Shown here piece after piece: positions 18,981 to 27,794 of a stretch of DNA of 64,000 nucleotides; positions within the stretch are counted from its first letter, which is position 1; each line of letters opens with the position of its first letter. A program made the position numbers and the translations under genes. The stretch is taken from assembly GCA_963753285.1 (NCBI GenBank), contig CAVWBT010000003.1:225039-289038 (forward strand). The letters are read 5' to 3'. The DNA is from an uncultured bacterium. GTDB taxonomy: Bacteria > Actinomycetota > Acidimicrobiia > Spongiisociales > ZC4RG35. The notes under the pieces were generated by a model. The model saw only the letters and a program-made list of their open reading frames with translations. It was not told where the DNA came from and did no database searches.

Positions 18981-19474
18981 CCCCAAGTTCCGGGCTCGCC
19001 TTTGAAGGGCCCTGCGATCTCGTCGAGGATCCACCCTCCGTAGAAGTCACCGGCCTGGGGTCGCGCCACTTCGCCTCCCACCGTCGCCTCGTCGACCCGA
19101 CCCGGATAGAACGAGACATATCCGGCGATCGATTCGAACGTGGGCGTCGGGCTCGGGTACGACCAGGCCGCATTGACGGCGATCCGATCCCCGACCCGCA
19201 CGGTCCAATACGCTGCCCGGCCCTTCCATTCGCACATCGAGGAGCCGGACTCGGCCTCGAGCAGATCGAGCCGCACGTCGTCGGGTGGGAGGTAGTAGCC
19301 GGGGGGATGGCTCGTCTCGAGCACTCGAACCGCACCCGTGGAAGACGCAACGACCTGACCACCGAAACGGACCTCGACGAGGCGATCGTCTCGCTCCAGC
19401 GCTGGCGGGCGCGGATAGTCCCACACAGACTCCTGGCCGGGTCCTGGCTTTGCTGGTTTCGGGCGTCGAATCAT
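18974..19474 (-). CDS. DUF427 domain-containing protein
   Basis: Duplicated DUF427-like motifs (VWDYPRPP...HPPGYYLPPDDV; CEWKGRAAYWTV...AAWSYPSPTP...GYVSFYPG). Confidence 0.72.
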   Translation of the reverse strand: MIRRPKPAKPGPGQESVWDYPRPPALERDDRLVEVRFGGQVVASSTGAVRVLETSHPPGYYLPPDDVRLDLLEAESGSSMCEWKGRAAYWTVRVGDRIAVNAAWSYPSPTPTFESIAGYVSFYPGRVDEATVGGEVARPQAGDFYGGWILDEIAGPFKGEPGTWGW

Positions 19475-19537
19475 GATTTCACGTCTCGCGGGGAGACGGC
19501 GACCATACCGTTCACATCGAGCAACGAGGAGTCGACC

Positions 19538-19858
19538 ATGACGGCCATCCGCACCGTGTCTGCGCTGGGAGTGGCAGCAATGACGATCGCGCTGATCATC
19601 GGGTTCACCACCGGCGACTTCTCGGGCGAGGGCGGCCAGATCCTCGATCTCATCTGGGGCCGCGTCACGCTCATAGACCTCTACGTCGGAATCGCCATCT
19701 TCGGTGTGTTCGTCGTCTGGCGTGAGCGGTCGGTGGGAGTCTCGATCGCCTGGCTGATCTCATTCGTGGTCCTGGGGAACCTGACCACCGCCCTCTACGT
19801 GCTCGTGGCGAGCCTGCGGGCGACTTCGGTCGAGGAGCTGTTGACACCCGTCCGCTGA
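19538..19858 (+). CDS. Small membrane protein (3 TM, 106 aa)
   Basis: MTAIRTVSALGVAAMTIALIIGF... with three hydrophobic helices; nested in a longer spurious ORF. Confidence 0.5.
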   Translation: MTAIRTVSALGVAAMTIALIIGFTTGDFSGEGGQILDLIWGRVTLIDLYVGIAIFGVFVVWRERSVGVSIAWLISFVVLGNLTTALYVLVASLRATSVEELLTPVR

Positions 19859-19900
19859 GAACGCTTCATCCGGCTGGACGGCGCGCTCCGAAGAAGGGCT

Positions 19901-20548
19901 GTGCAGACCGCAACCGCCCAGGTTTACGACTTCCCCACCAGGGGTACACCTTCGCTCGTGGAAACGACGTACACGGTGTCCCCATCGCCATTCGCCGATC
20001 ACAGCGACCACGAACTGGTCGCCGTCATCGCCTCCCGCCGACCCAGCAGCGAGGCCGCGCTGGAAGAGACCTACCAGCGACACGGCGACGCCGTGTTCGG
20101 GCTCGCCCTCCGGGTCCTGCACGACCGGGTGCTCGCAGAGGACGTTGCCCAAGACGTCTTCCTGTCGCTGTGGCGCAAGCCCGAGCGATTCGATCCGAAC
20201 CGGGGCAAGCTCCGCACCTTCCTGCTGACGATGGCGCACAGCCGGTCAGTGGATCGGGTGCGGTCGGAGCAGTCCAGGCGGGCCCGTGAAGAGCGCGAAC
20301 ACCTCAAGGTCGTCCGCTCGACGCCATCGATCGAAGACGAGGTGATCGACATGCACATGGCAGAGAACGTCCGACGAGCACTCGATACGCTCTCGTTCGA
20401 CGAGCGGCGTGCCATCGAGCTCGCCTACTTCGGCGGACAGTCGTACCGGCAGGTTGCCGTGACGCTCCAACAACCTGAAGGCACCGTCAAGAGCAGGATC
20501 CGGTCCGGGATGAAGCAACTGGGGCGGGTTCTCGAGCAACACCGATGA
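19901..20548 (+). CDS. ECF-subfamily RNA polymerase sigma-70 factor (SigK-like)
   Basis: Region 2 (DVAQDVFLSLWRKPERFDPNRGKLRTFLLTMAHSRSVDRVR) and region 4 (LSFDERRAIELAYFGGQSYRQVAVTLQQPEGTVKSRIRSGMKQL). Confidence 0.85.
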   Translation: MQTATAQVYDFPTRGTPSLVETTYTVSPSPFADHSDHELVAVIASRRPSSEAALEETYQRHGDAVFGLALRVLHDRVLAEDVAQDVFLSLWRKPERFDPNRGKLRTFLLTMAHSRSVDRVRSEQSRRAREEREHLKVVRSTPSIEDEVIDMHMAENVRRALDTLSFDERRAIELAYFGGQSYRQVAVTLQQPEGTVKSRIRSGMKQLGRVLEQHR

Positions 20549-21303
20549 CAGACCACGACGACATACGAAGTCTTCTCGGCGTGTATGCGCTGGATGCGAT
20601 CGACGATCCCGACGAACTCCGATCGGTAGAGCTCCACCTCACCGGATGCGCCGAATGTCGCGCCGAGGTGGACGCCCACCGCTCCGTGACATCCGCGATG
20701 GCGGAAGCCGAACTGGAAGCTCCACCGGGACTGTGGGCCCGGATCGAAGGCGGACTCGAAACCGAGACGGCTGAGCCCGTCGTGAGGCGATGGCAGCTGC
20801 AAAACGTCACCTCGATCGCGGCCATCGCCGCCGTCGCCGCTGCGATCGGCATGGGCGCGTTGTGGTCGTCCGCCAATGAGAACGTGACCGACCTGCGACA
20901 ACGAGTCGACCAACTCGAGGCGGCCGTAGCACAGGCCGAGGCGGAGATCGACGCCGTTGAGCCCGTGGATCTCGCCATCGAGCGCGCTCGATCCGCCGGA
21001 ACCGCGCTCGAGGTGACGATCTCGGGTGACATCGGCACGGGCACCGCCATCGTGCTGCCGGACGGTCAGGGTTGGCTGACCGACCTGTCCTACGAGCCGC
21101 TCGACCCGTCGCGTACCTATCAGCTCTGGGCGATCCAGGACGGGACCGTGATCAGCGCAGGTGTGTTCGGCTCGGATCCGACAACGGTCTCGTTCCACGT
21201 CGACGCAGACCGACTCGACGGGTTGGTGATCACCGTCGAGGAAGCAGGCGGCGTCGTGTCGTCCGGTAACCCGGCCGCCGCAGCATGGCTCGCCGACGCA
21301 TGA
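20545..21303 (+). CDS. Anti-sigma factor: zinc-binding ZAS N-domain, single TM, RskA-like C-terminal domain
   Basis: HLTGCAECRAEVDAH motif, TM IAAIAAVAAAIGMGALW, C-terminal YQLWAIQDGTVISAGVF...; start overlaps the sigma gene stop (ATGA). Confidence 0.75.
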   Translation: MTDHDDIRSLLGVYALDAIDDPDELRSVELHLTGCAECRAEVDAHRSVTSAMAEAELEAPPGLWARIEGGLETETAEPVVRRWQLQNVTSIAAIAAVAAAIGMGALWSSANENVTDLRQRVDQLEAAVAQAEAEIDAVEPVDLAIERARSAGTALEVTISGDIGTGTAIVLPDGQGWLTDLSYEPLDPSRTYQLWAIQDGTVISAGVFGSDPTTVSFHVDADRLDGLVITVEEAGGVVSSGNPAAAAWLADA

Positions 21304-21359
21304 GACCCGCCGGATCCCCCGGCACACGATGATTCGGCCGACGAGATGAACAGGATCTC

Positions 21360-22703
21360 ATGAGTGCAATGGTGTGGTTCCGGCGCGATCTGCGACTCGA
21401 CGACAACCCTGCGTGGAGTGCTGCGACCCGAACCGGCGCCGAGGTGACCCCGGTGTTCGTGATCGATCCCGAGCTGTGGGATCGAGTGTCGTCACAGAAG
21501 AGAGCGATGCTGGCCGCCAGCCTGAGGGCGCTCGACGACTCGCTTGCTGCGCAAGATGGTCGGCTGTACGTCCGTCGCGGGCGTCCAGAACAGGTCTTGC
21601 CAGAGTTGGTCGAGCGCTGGGGCATCGGGCACGTCCATTGGAACGCCGACTACACGCCCTACGCACGCCGCCGGGACGAACCGATCGCCTCGACCCTCCC
21701 GGTGACCAGACATCACGGGCAGGTGGTCCACCAGCCCGGGTCGATACGGACGAACGACGGCGGCCGCTACCAGGTGTTCACCCCGTTCTATCGACGATGG
21801 ACGGACGCGCCGATCTCGACCACACCGCCACCGGCGCCCATGCGCGTCCGATCCGATCCGGGCGATGGGGTCCCAGACACGGACGCCGCCCCCATCAGAG
21901 CCGGCGAGGCCGGTGCGCTCGAACGGCTGGAGCAGTTCGTCGAGCGCGTCGACGCGTACCCCGCCGAACGGGACCGCCCCGATCTCGACACGACGAGCAG
22001 GCTGTCCATCGACCTGAAGTTCGGCACGATCGGCCCTCGGACGATCATCGACAGGCTCGGGACTCACACGCCGGGGCGGGAAGCGTTCGTGCGTCAGCTG
22101 GCATGGCGCGACTTCTACGCCGATCTGCTCGACGAGACGCCCGAGTCGGTGGACCAGGCGTTGCGACCGGACTACCGATCGATCGAATGGGAAGACGACC
22201 CCGAAGGTCTCGAAGCGTGGAAGGATGGCAAGACCGGGTACCCGATCGTCGACGCCGGCATGCGCCAGCTTCGGGCGGAGGGCTGGATGCACAACCGGGT
22301 GCGGATGATCGCGGCGTCCTTTCTCGTCAAGGACCTCCTCATCGACTGGCGAATGGGCGAACGCCACTTCCGACACCTGCTGCTCGATGCCGATGTGGCC
22401 TCCAACGTCGGCAACTGGCAATGGGCGGCGGGCACCGGCGCCGACGCGGCGCCCTACTTCCGGATCTTCAACCCCGTCACACAGTCGAAGAAGTTCGACC
22501 CGGACGGTGACTACATCCGCCGCTGGGTCCCCGAGTTGATCGAGGTGGCGGCCCCTCACATCCATGCGCCCTGGGACGCGCCTCCCCTCGAGCTCGCCGC
22601 GGCCGGGGTCATCCTCGGCGACACGTATCCCCACCCGATCGTCGATCACGCCCTCGCAAGGGAGCGGACGCTTGCGAGGTATCAACGGGGTCTCGGACGC
22701 TGA
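21360..22703 (+). CDS. phr: Deoxyribodipyrimidine photolyase / cryptochrome family protein
   Basis: N-terminal photolyase alpha/beta domain (VWFRRDLRLDDNPAW), FAD-binding domain (DRLGTHTPGREAF...WRDFYADLL; WMHNRVRMIAASFLVKDLLIDWRMGERHF; GNWQWAAGTGADAAPYFRIFNP). Confidence 0.92.
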   Translation: MSAMVWFRRDLRLDDNPAWSAATRTGAEVTPVFVIDPELWDRVSSQKRAMLAASLRALDDSLAAQDGRLYVRRGRPEQVLPELVERWGIGHVHWNADYTPYARRRDEPIASTLPVTRHHGQVVHQPGSIRTNDGGRYQVFTPFYRRWTDAPISTTPPPAPMRVRSDPGDGVPDTDAAPIRAGEAGALERLEQFVERVDAYPAERDRPDLDTTSRLSIDLKFGTIGPRTIIDRLGTHTPGREAFVRQLAWRDFYADLLDETPESVDQALRPDYRSIEWEDDPEGLEAWKDGKTGYPIVDAGMRQLRAEGWMHNRVRMIAASFLVKDLLIDWRMGERHFRHLLLDADVASNVGNWQWAAGTGADAAPYFRIFNPVTQSKKFDPDGDYIRRWVPELIEVAAPHIHAPWDAPPLELAAAGVILGDTYPHPIVDHALARERTLARYQRGLGR

Positions 22704-22782
22704 GAAGAATCCCGGAATCCTCGGTTTGGGGTGCGGAGTGACGGGGTACATCACGCGCAGGCCCGGATCGAAGAGGAGCGCC

Positions 22783-23085
22783 ATGTCAACCAAGCAGTAC
22801 GACCCGTACCTGGGTGAAGAGGTCATCGTCCTCGAGTGGCGGGACCTCGCAGCATGTGCCGGCCACGACCCATCCATCTTCTTCCCTGCGGGCGAGACCG
22901 GCCCTGCCGCCGAGCAGATCAGGCAGGCAAAAGAGATCTGCGGGACCTGCGAGGTCACCGAGGACTGCCTGACGTACGCCGTCGAGACGAATCAGGTCTC
23001 GGGGATCTGGGGTGGGCTGACCGAAGACGAACGACGCCCGGTTCGCCGTCGCTGGCTCTCCGATCGGCGCCGCCGGGTGGGCTGA
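22783..23085 (+). CDS. whiB: WhiB-family transcriptional regulator
   Basis: Four-Cys cluster (C-X21-C-X2-C-X5-C) and GIWGG turn followed by a basic tail; 101 aa. Confidence 0.9.
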   Translation: MSTKQYDPYLGEEVIVLEWRDLAACAGHDPSIFFPAGETGPAAEQIRQAKEICGTCEVTEDCLTYAVETNQVSGIWGGLTEDERRPVRRRWLSDRRRRVG

Positions 23086-23116
23086 CCAGCCTACGATTCG
23101 TTCACCTCGCCGACGG

Positions 23117-23737
23117 GTGAACATGGATCACGACATCACAATCGCCCTGCAGCAGCTCTCTCGTATGCGGGGCATGAACGCCCTGTACCACCGGCAGTTC
23201 TTCTCCGACGTCCGCTTCACCACGGTCACCGTTCTCGGACTGTTCGTTGCAGGTGCGGCCGTCGATCGATGGCTTTTCCTGGCCGTCCCCTTCGTTGCAC
23301 TCCTGGGTGCGGCCTCGACCGCCTTCGACGCCTCATACCTCATCTTCTCCCGGCAGTACGCCACCAGACTCGAGCGCTTCATCAACGAACGGACCGGCTC
23401 GAACGTCCTGGTCGCCCACGAGCTCGAAGACGCCTACCTCTTCCCGATCGATCGCACCAAGATCGTGACGCTCCGCTTCGGAACCGACTTCAGCTGGTTC
23501 GGCTTCATGACCGCGTTCTACACCCTCCTCGGTGTCGCCGCATACTTGACCGGTCTCGCCCTGTCACTCGATGTCCTCTCGGACTCGGGGCGGGCCGACG
23601 TCGGGTTTGCCTACCTCGTGACACTCGCGGCGTTCACCCTGGGTTCACTGGCCGTCGGCGCTTGGTGGTTCGTCGGCGGGACCGGTGAAGCGCGCCTCAA
23701 GACCGTGCTGGATCACCGGTTCGGGGCCACTCGATGA
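23117..23737 (+). CDS. Hypothetical membrane protein
   Basis: 206-aa ORF with four hydrophobic helices; tightly packed between whiB and corA, whose start overlaps its stop (ATGA). Confidence 0.5.
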   Translation: MNMDHDITIALQQLSRMRGMNALYHRQFFSDVRFTTVTVLGLFVAGAAVDRWLFLAVPFVALLGAASTAFDASYLIFSRQYATRLERFINERTGSNVLVAHELEDAYLFPIDRTKIVTLRFGTDFSWFGFMTAFYTLLGVAAYLTGLALSLDVLSDSGRADVGFAYLVTLAAFTLGSLAVGAWWFVGGTGEARLKTVLDHRFGATR

Positions 23738-24705
23738 TCGTCGACGCCGCCCACTACCGAGCCGGTCACCGAGAGCCGGATCCGTTCGAGCTCGACGGCG
23801 CCCTGGCATGGGATCGTCGATCGGGGTCCTTCTCCTGGATCGGGTTGTACGAGCCCGACGAGGCGGAGTTCGATGCGGTCCGAAACGAGTACGACCTCCA
23901 CGAACTCGCCGTCGAGGATGCCGTCAAGGCGCATCAGCGACCCAAACTCGAACGGTATGACGAGACGTTGTTCGTCGTGCTCAAGCCCGCCATCTACGAC
24001 GACACGACCGAGACCGTGGAGTTCGGCGAGATCCACCTGTTCATCAACGACTACTTCGCGGTGGTCGTGCGCCATCGGAAGTCGAGCCAGCTCGTCGATG
24101 TGCGGCACTCACTGGAGGCCGACGTCGAAACGCTGCGGCTCGGGCCCGGTTCCGTTCTCCACGCGATCACCGAACACGTCGTCGACAACTACCTCGTCGT
24201 CCTCGACGGTCTCGAACTCGACATCGCGCAGGTCGAGGGCGACGTGTTCGCCGACTCCGACGTGGTTCCGACCGAGCGGATCTATCGGCTGCTGCGGCAG
24301 GTGATCAACTTCTCGCAAGCCACGATCCCCCTGGTCGAGCCGCTCGACCGGCTCTCCAAGGGAAGCTTCGTCGGAGTGCACGCTGACTTGCGTGAGTATT
24401 TCCGCGACACCCACGACCTCCTCATCAGGGTGATCGATCGCATCAATGCCCTGCGGCAGCTGCTCACCTCGATCCTCGACGCCAACCTCACCCAGGTCAC
24501 GGTCCGGCAGAACAACGACATGCGAAAGATCTCGGCGTGGGTGGCGATCGCCGCCGTCCCGACGCTGCTGGCCGGTGTCTGGGGCATGAACTTCGACTCG
24601 ATGCCCGAATTGAGCTGGAACGTCGGGTACCCACTCGCGATTCTGGTGATGGTGTCGATCAGCGGGCTTCTCTACCGCCGTTTCAAGGCGAGCGGCTGGC
24701 TGTGA
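23734..24705 (+). CDS. corA: Magnesium/cobalt transporter CorA
   Basis: C-terminal two TM helices with the GMN motif (VWGMNFDSMPE) and a basic C-terminus. Confidence 0.85.
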   Translation: MIVDAAHYRAGHREPDPFELDGALAWDRRSGSFSWIGLYEPDEAEFDAVRNEYDLHELAVEDAVKAHQRPKLERYDETLFVVLKPAIYDDTTETVEFGEIHLFINDYFAVVVRHRKSSQLVDVRHSLEADVETLRLGPGSVLHAITEHVVDNYLVVLDGLELDIAQVEGDVFADSDVVPTERIYRLLRQVINFSQATIPLVEPLDRLSKGSFVGVHADLREYFRDTHDLLIRVIDRINALRQLLTSILDANLTQVTVRQNNDMRKISAWVAIAAVPTLLAGVWGMNFDSMPELSWNVGYPLAILVMVSISGLLYRRFKASGWL

Positions 24706-24870
24706 TTCTGCGGGGACTGAATCCCCAGCACCCCAACGCCCAAGGCCTTGCCACCCACAGGCTTCCCGGCAGCAACAGCCCTCTCGTCCGCCGAGTCGAC
24801 CGAGGACCGTCTCACAACACACGCCCCGGACCAAGCGGCGCTCCAACACCCCGCCAAACCCGCCAAGCGA

Positions 24871-24925
24871 ACGTAGGACGTAGAACGTGGAACGTGGAAC
24901 GTGGAACGTGGAACGTGAACGTAGG
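24871..24925. repeat. Heptanucleotide tandem array (ACGTRGA)x8; on the minus strand this reads (CACGTTC)n
   Basis: Units ACGTAGG, ACGTAGA, ACGTGGA x4, ACGTGA, ACGTAGG read directly; the array ends 9 nt before the tldD start codon and abuts a TAGGAT hexamer. Confidence 0.9.
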
Positions 24926-24934
24926 ATCACTGCC

Positions 24935-26374
24935 GTGTTCGATGTAGCGACGGCAGCGGTGGAGGGGGCGATCGCCGCCGGCGCGACCTACGCCGATGCC
25001 CGGGTGATGGGACGCAGGATCCGGTCGATCGATGTGCAGAACGGCGACGTCCAGTCGATCGGGCTCTCCGAAACGATCGGCGTCGGGGTGAGGTCGCTGG
25101 TCGGTTCGTCCTGGGGGTTCCAGGCCACGGACAGGCTCGGCACCGCCGATGCCGCTCGCGCCGGCGCAGAAGCCACCGCGATCGCACGGGCGAGCGCACG
25201 AGTGCCGGGCCCGCCCCTCGTTCTCGCCGATGTGGAAGCCCGCGAGGACACCTTCCGCACGGAGGTCGTGGAACATCCCTTCGACGTTTCGCCCGAGGAA
25301 CAGGCGGGGCTTCTCGTCGAATCGACGCGAATCATGTTGGAAGAGCCGAACGTCGCAATCGCGACCGGACAGCTCGGCTTCTGGGACGTCGAGATGTGGC
25401 TGGTGTCGTCCGAGGGGCACCGCATCCATCAGAACCTGGTCCACTCGGGCGGAGGGCTCCAGGCGATGTCGATCGGTGACGGCGAGACCCAGGTGCGCAC
25501 GTATCCGCAGTCGCGGGTGCACTACGAGTCGGCCGGCTACGAGGCGATCCGCAAATGGGACTACCTCGGCGAGGCTCCGCGAATCGCGGCCGAGGCCGCT
25601 GCGCTGCTGACGGCGGCGGAGATGGAAGAGTGCGAGAAACCCTTGATCCTCGAGGGCTCCCAACTCGCCCTCCAGATCCACGAATCGGTCGGGCACGCGA
25701 TCGAACTCGACCGCATCCTCGGCTGGGAGGCGGCATTCGCCGGCACGTCACACCTCGAACTCTCGAGACTCGGCACGCACCGGTACGGGTCGGACCTCAT
25801 GAACATCACCGCGGACGCCACCCTCCCCGGTGCACTCGGCTCGTTCGGGTACGACGACGAGGGAACGCCGGCACAGTGCGTGCCGATCGTCACCGGCGGC
25901 ATCTGGGTGGGCGTGTTGTCGGGGCGGGACTCGGCGTCGATCGCAGGTCTCCCTGCCGGCGGCATGGTCAGAGCTGACGGATTCGACCGACTCCCGATGG
26001 TCCGGATGACGAACGTCGGCCTCCTGCCGGGAGACTCCTCGCTCGAGGAGATGATCGCCGCAACCGACGACGGCATTCTGATGGCGACCAACCGGTCATG
26101 GTCGATCGACGACCGCCGACTCAACTTCCAGTTCGGGTGTGAGATCGGGTGGGAGATCAAGAACGGAGAACGGGGTCGGATGCTCAAGAACCCGACCTAC
26201 ACGGGCATCACCCCCCGGTTCTGGGGCACACTCGACATGCTCGCCGGCGCCTCCGAGACCGTGTTCTGGGGCACGCCCAACTGCGGCAAGGGCCAACCGG
26301 TCCAGGTGGGGCGGACCGGACACCCTGCCATGCCGGCGCGGTTCTCCCGAGTGCGGATGGGCGTGAGAGGATGA
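24935..26374 (+). CDS. tldD: TldD family metalloprotease (peptidase U62)
   Basis: TldD/PmbA fold signature, HExxxH-like HESVGHAIELD, C-terminal GGIWVGVLSG; start set at GTG 24935 (TAGGAT hexamer 7 nt upstream) rather than GTG 24887 inside the repeat array. Confidence 0.85.
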   Translation: MFDVATAAVEGAIAAGATYADARVMGRRIRSIDVQNGDVQSIGLSETIGVGVRSLVGSSWGFQATDRLGTADAARAGAEATAIARASARVPGPPLVLADVEAREDTFRTEVVEHPFDVSPEEQAGLLVESTRIMLEEPNVAIATGQLGFWDVEMWLVSSEGHRIHQNLVHSGGGLQAMSIGDGETQVRTYPQSRVHYESAGYEAIRKWDYLGEAPRIAAEAAALLTAAEMEECEKPLILEGSQLALQIHESVGHAIELDRILGWEAAFAGTSHLELSRLGTHRYGSDLMNITADATLPGALGSFGYDDEGTPAQCVPIVTGGIWVGVLSGRDSASIAGLPAGGMVRADGFDRLPMVRMTNVGLLPGDSSLEEMIAATDDGILMATNRSWSIDDRRLNFQFGCEIGWEIKNGERGRMLKNPTYTGITPRFWGTLDMLAGASETVFWGTPNCGKGQPVQVGRTGHPAMPARFSRVRMGVRG

Positions 26375-27699
26375 CTCCCCATGAGACGGCGGCCCGCGTC
26401 CTCGACCTCGTGCCGGCCGGGTTCGACTGTGAGGTCGTCGTCACGTCTGGGCGGAATGCACTCACCCGCTTCGCCAACTCGTTCATCCATCAGAACATGG
26501 CAGATGACACGACGTCCCTATCGATCACGCTGGTCTGGGACGGCCGCGTATCGACTTCGTCCGGCACGGCCTCCCCGGAGACGCTCGCCAGCTTCGTTGA
26601 ACGAGCGGCGGAAGCGAGCAAAGTCGCCCCGGTCAATCGCGAGTGGCCGGGCCTGACCGCTCCGACCGACGTCCCGCCATCCCTGCCGGTCCCCGACAGC
26701 ATCGCGTCCGCTTCCCCGGCAGACCGGGCCGAGCTGGTGTCCGACTTCGTTCACGCCGGTGAAGGCATGCGGGCGGCGGGCTACTGCTCGACCGCCTCCG
26801 CCACGTTCGTGTACGCCAACTCGAAGGGACACACGGCATCCGGTCAGACCGCGTCGGCCGTGCTCGACGGGATCCAACAGACGACGACCTCGGCCGGATC
26901 GGGGCACGCAGCAGCCCGGGACCTCGAGGCGATCGACGCATATTCGGTCGGCTCGGTCGCCGCCGACCGTGCACGACGCTCCGAGTCCTCGATCCAGATC
27001 GAACCGGCCGAATACGAGGTCGTGCTGGCCCCCGAGGCGGTCGCGACACTCGCGTTGTTCCTCGGTGTCTACGGGTTCAACGGCAAGGCCGTCAACGAAG
27101 GCCAGTCGTTTCTCAAGGTCGGCGACCGCCAGTTCGACCGTGCGTTCGAGTTGGTCGACGATGGGCTCGACGACCGGTCGATGAAGCTCCGCTTCGATTC
27201 GGAGGGCACGCCGAAACGACGCCTCGCATTGATCGAGGACGGCGTGACCCGCAACGTGGTGTACGACCGCAGGGAGGCCGCCAAGGCGAAGACCGAGAGC
27301 ACCGGTCACTCGATCAAGCTCTTCGGGCAGAACGTCGGACCGATCCCAACGGACCTGTTCGTCACTCCTGGCGCCTCGTCGCCCGAGGAACTGATCGCAG
27401 GCGTGCGCCGCGGGTTGTACGTCTCCACGTTCAACTACGTACGCATCCTCGACCCGCGGACCACGGTGGCGACCGGCCTCACCCGGAACGGCACCTTCCT
27501 CATCGAGGACGGCGAGCTGACCGATGCGGTGTCCGACCTCCGATTCACCCAGTCCTTCGCCGGGGCGATCGCCCCGGGCCGTGTGCTCGGGGTCGGCAAC
27601 GACGCCCGCTTCGCCGATTCCGAGTTCGGCCCCACCATCGCTCACGTGCCGTCGATCCGACTGGCCGGCTGGCGTTTCACCGGCGGCGCCGCCGGCTGA
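26371..27699 (+). CDS. pmbA: TldE/PmbA family protein (peptidase U62 partner subunit)
   Basis: Second U62-family paralog with the start overlapping the tldD stop (ATGA); C-terminal beta-barrel region (GTFLIEDGELTDAVSDLRFTQS). Confidence 0.8.
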   Translation: MTPHETAARVLDLVPAGFDCEVVVTSGRNALTRFANSFIHQNMADDTTSLSITLVWDGRVSTSSGTASPETLASFVERAAEASKVAPVNREWPGLTAPTDVPPSLPVPDSIASASPADRAELVSDFVHAGEGMRAAGYCSTASATFVYANSKGHTASGQTASAVLDGIQQTTTSAGSGHAAARDLEAIDAYSVGSVAADRARRSESSIQIEPAEYEVVLAPEAVATLALFLGVYGFNGKAVNEGQSFLKVGDRQFDRAFELVDDGLDDRSMKLRFDSEGTPKRRLALIEDGVTRNVVYDRREAAKAKTESTGHSIKLFGQNVGPIPTDLFVTPGASSPEELIAGVRRGLYVSTFNYVRILDPRTTVATGLTRNGTFLIEDGELTDAVSDLRFTQSFAGAIAPGRVLGVGNDARFADSEFGPTIAHVPSIRLAGWRFTGGAAG

Positions 27700-27703
27700 C
27701 CCC

Positions 27704-27756
27704 GTTCTTGTGACGGAAACAGCGGCGGGAATAGCGGCACGAGCGTCACAAGAACG
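27704..27756 (+). terminator. Hairpin CGTTCTTGTGACG-(27 nt)-CGTCACAAGAACG, 5 nt after the pmbA stop
   Basis: Perfect 13-bp inverted repeat. Its left half (TTCTTGTGACGGAAACAGCGGCGGGAATA) is nearly identical to 126-149 (TTCTTGTGACGGGAACAGCGGGAATA). Confidence 0.55.
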
Positions 27757-27794
27757 ATGTCAGCCACGACGACACGACCGTTACTCTCGCCGTC

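Noticed and set aside
24871-24925. CRISPR array
   Set aside because: Unit length is 7 bp with no spacers. There are no cas genes and no 24-48-bp repeats.
24109-24930. Minus-strand ORFs translating the heptamer arrays (TFHVPRSTFHV...; also RLTSHVSRLTSHVSR at 42870)
   Set aside because: Peptide repeats are a by-product of reading through (ACGTNNN)n arrays. The remainder of these ORFs is antisense to corA and intergenic DNA.
27700-27794. Purine or ZTP (pfl) riboswitch upstream of purA; similarly upstream of purF, purC and purL
   Set aside because: No match to the conserved P1/P3 cores of the purine aptamer or to the ZTP pseudoknot motifs. Leaders are too short, since TANNNT sits 7-10 nt from the start codons.
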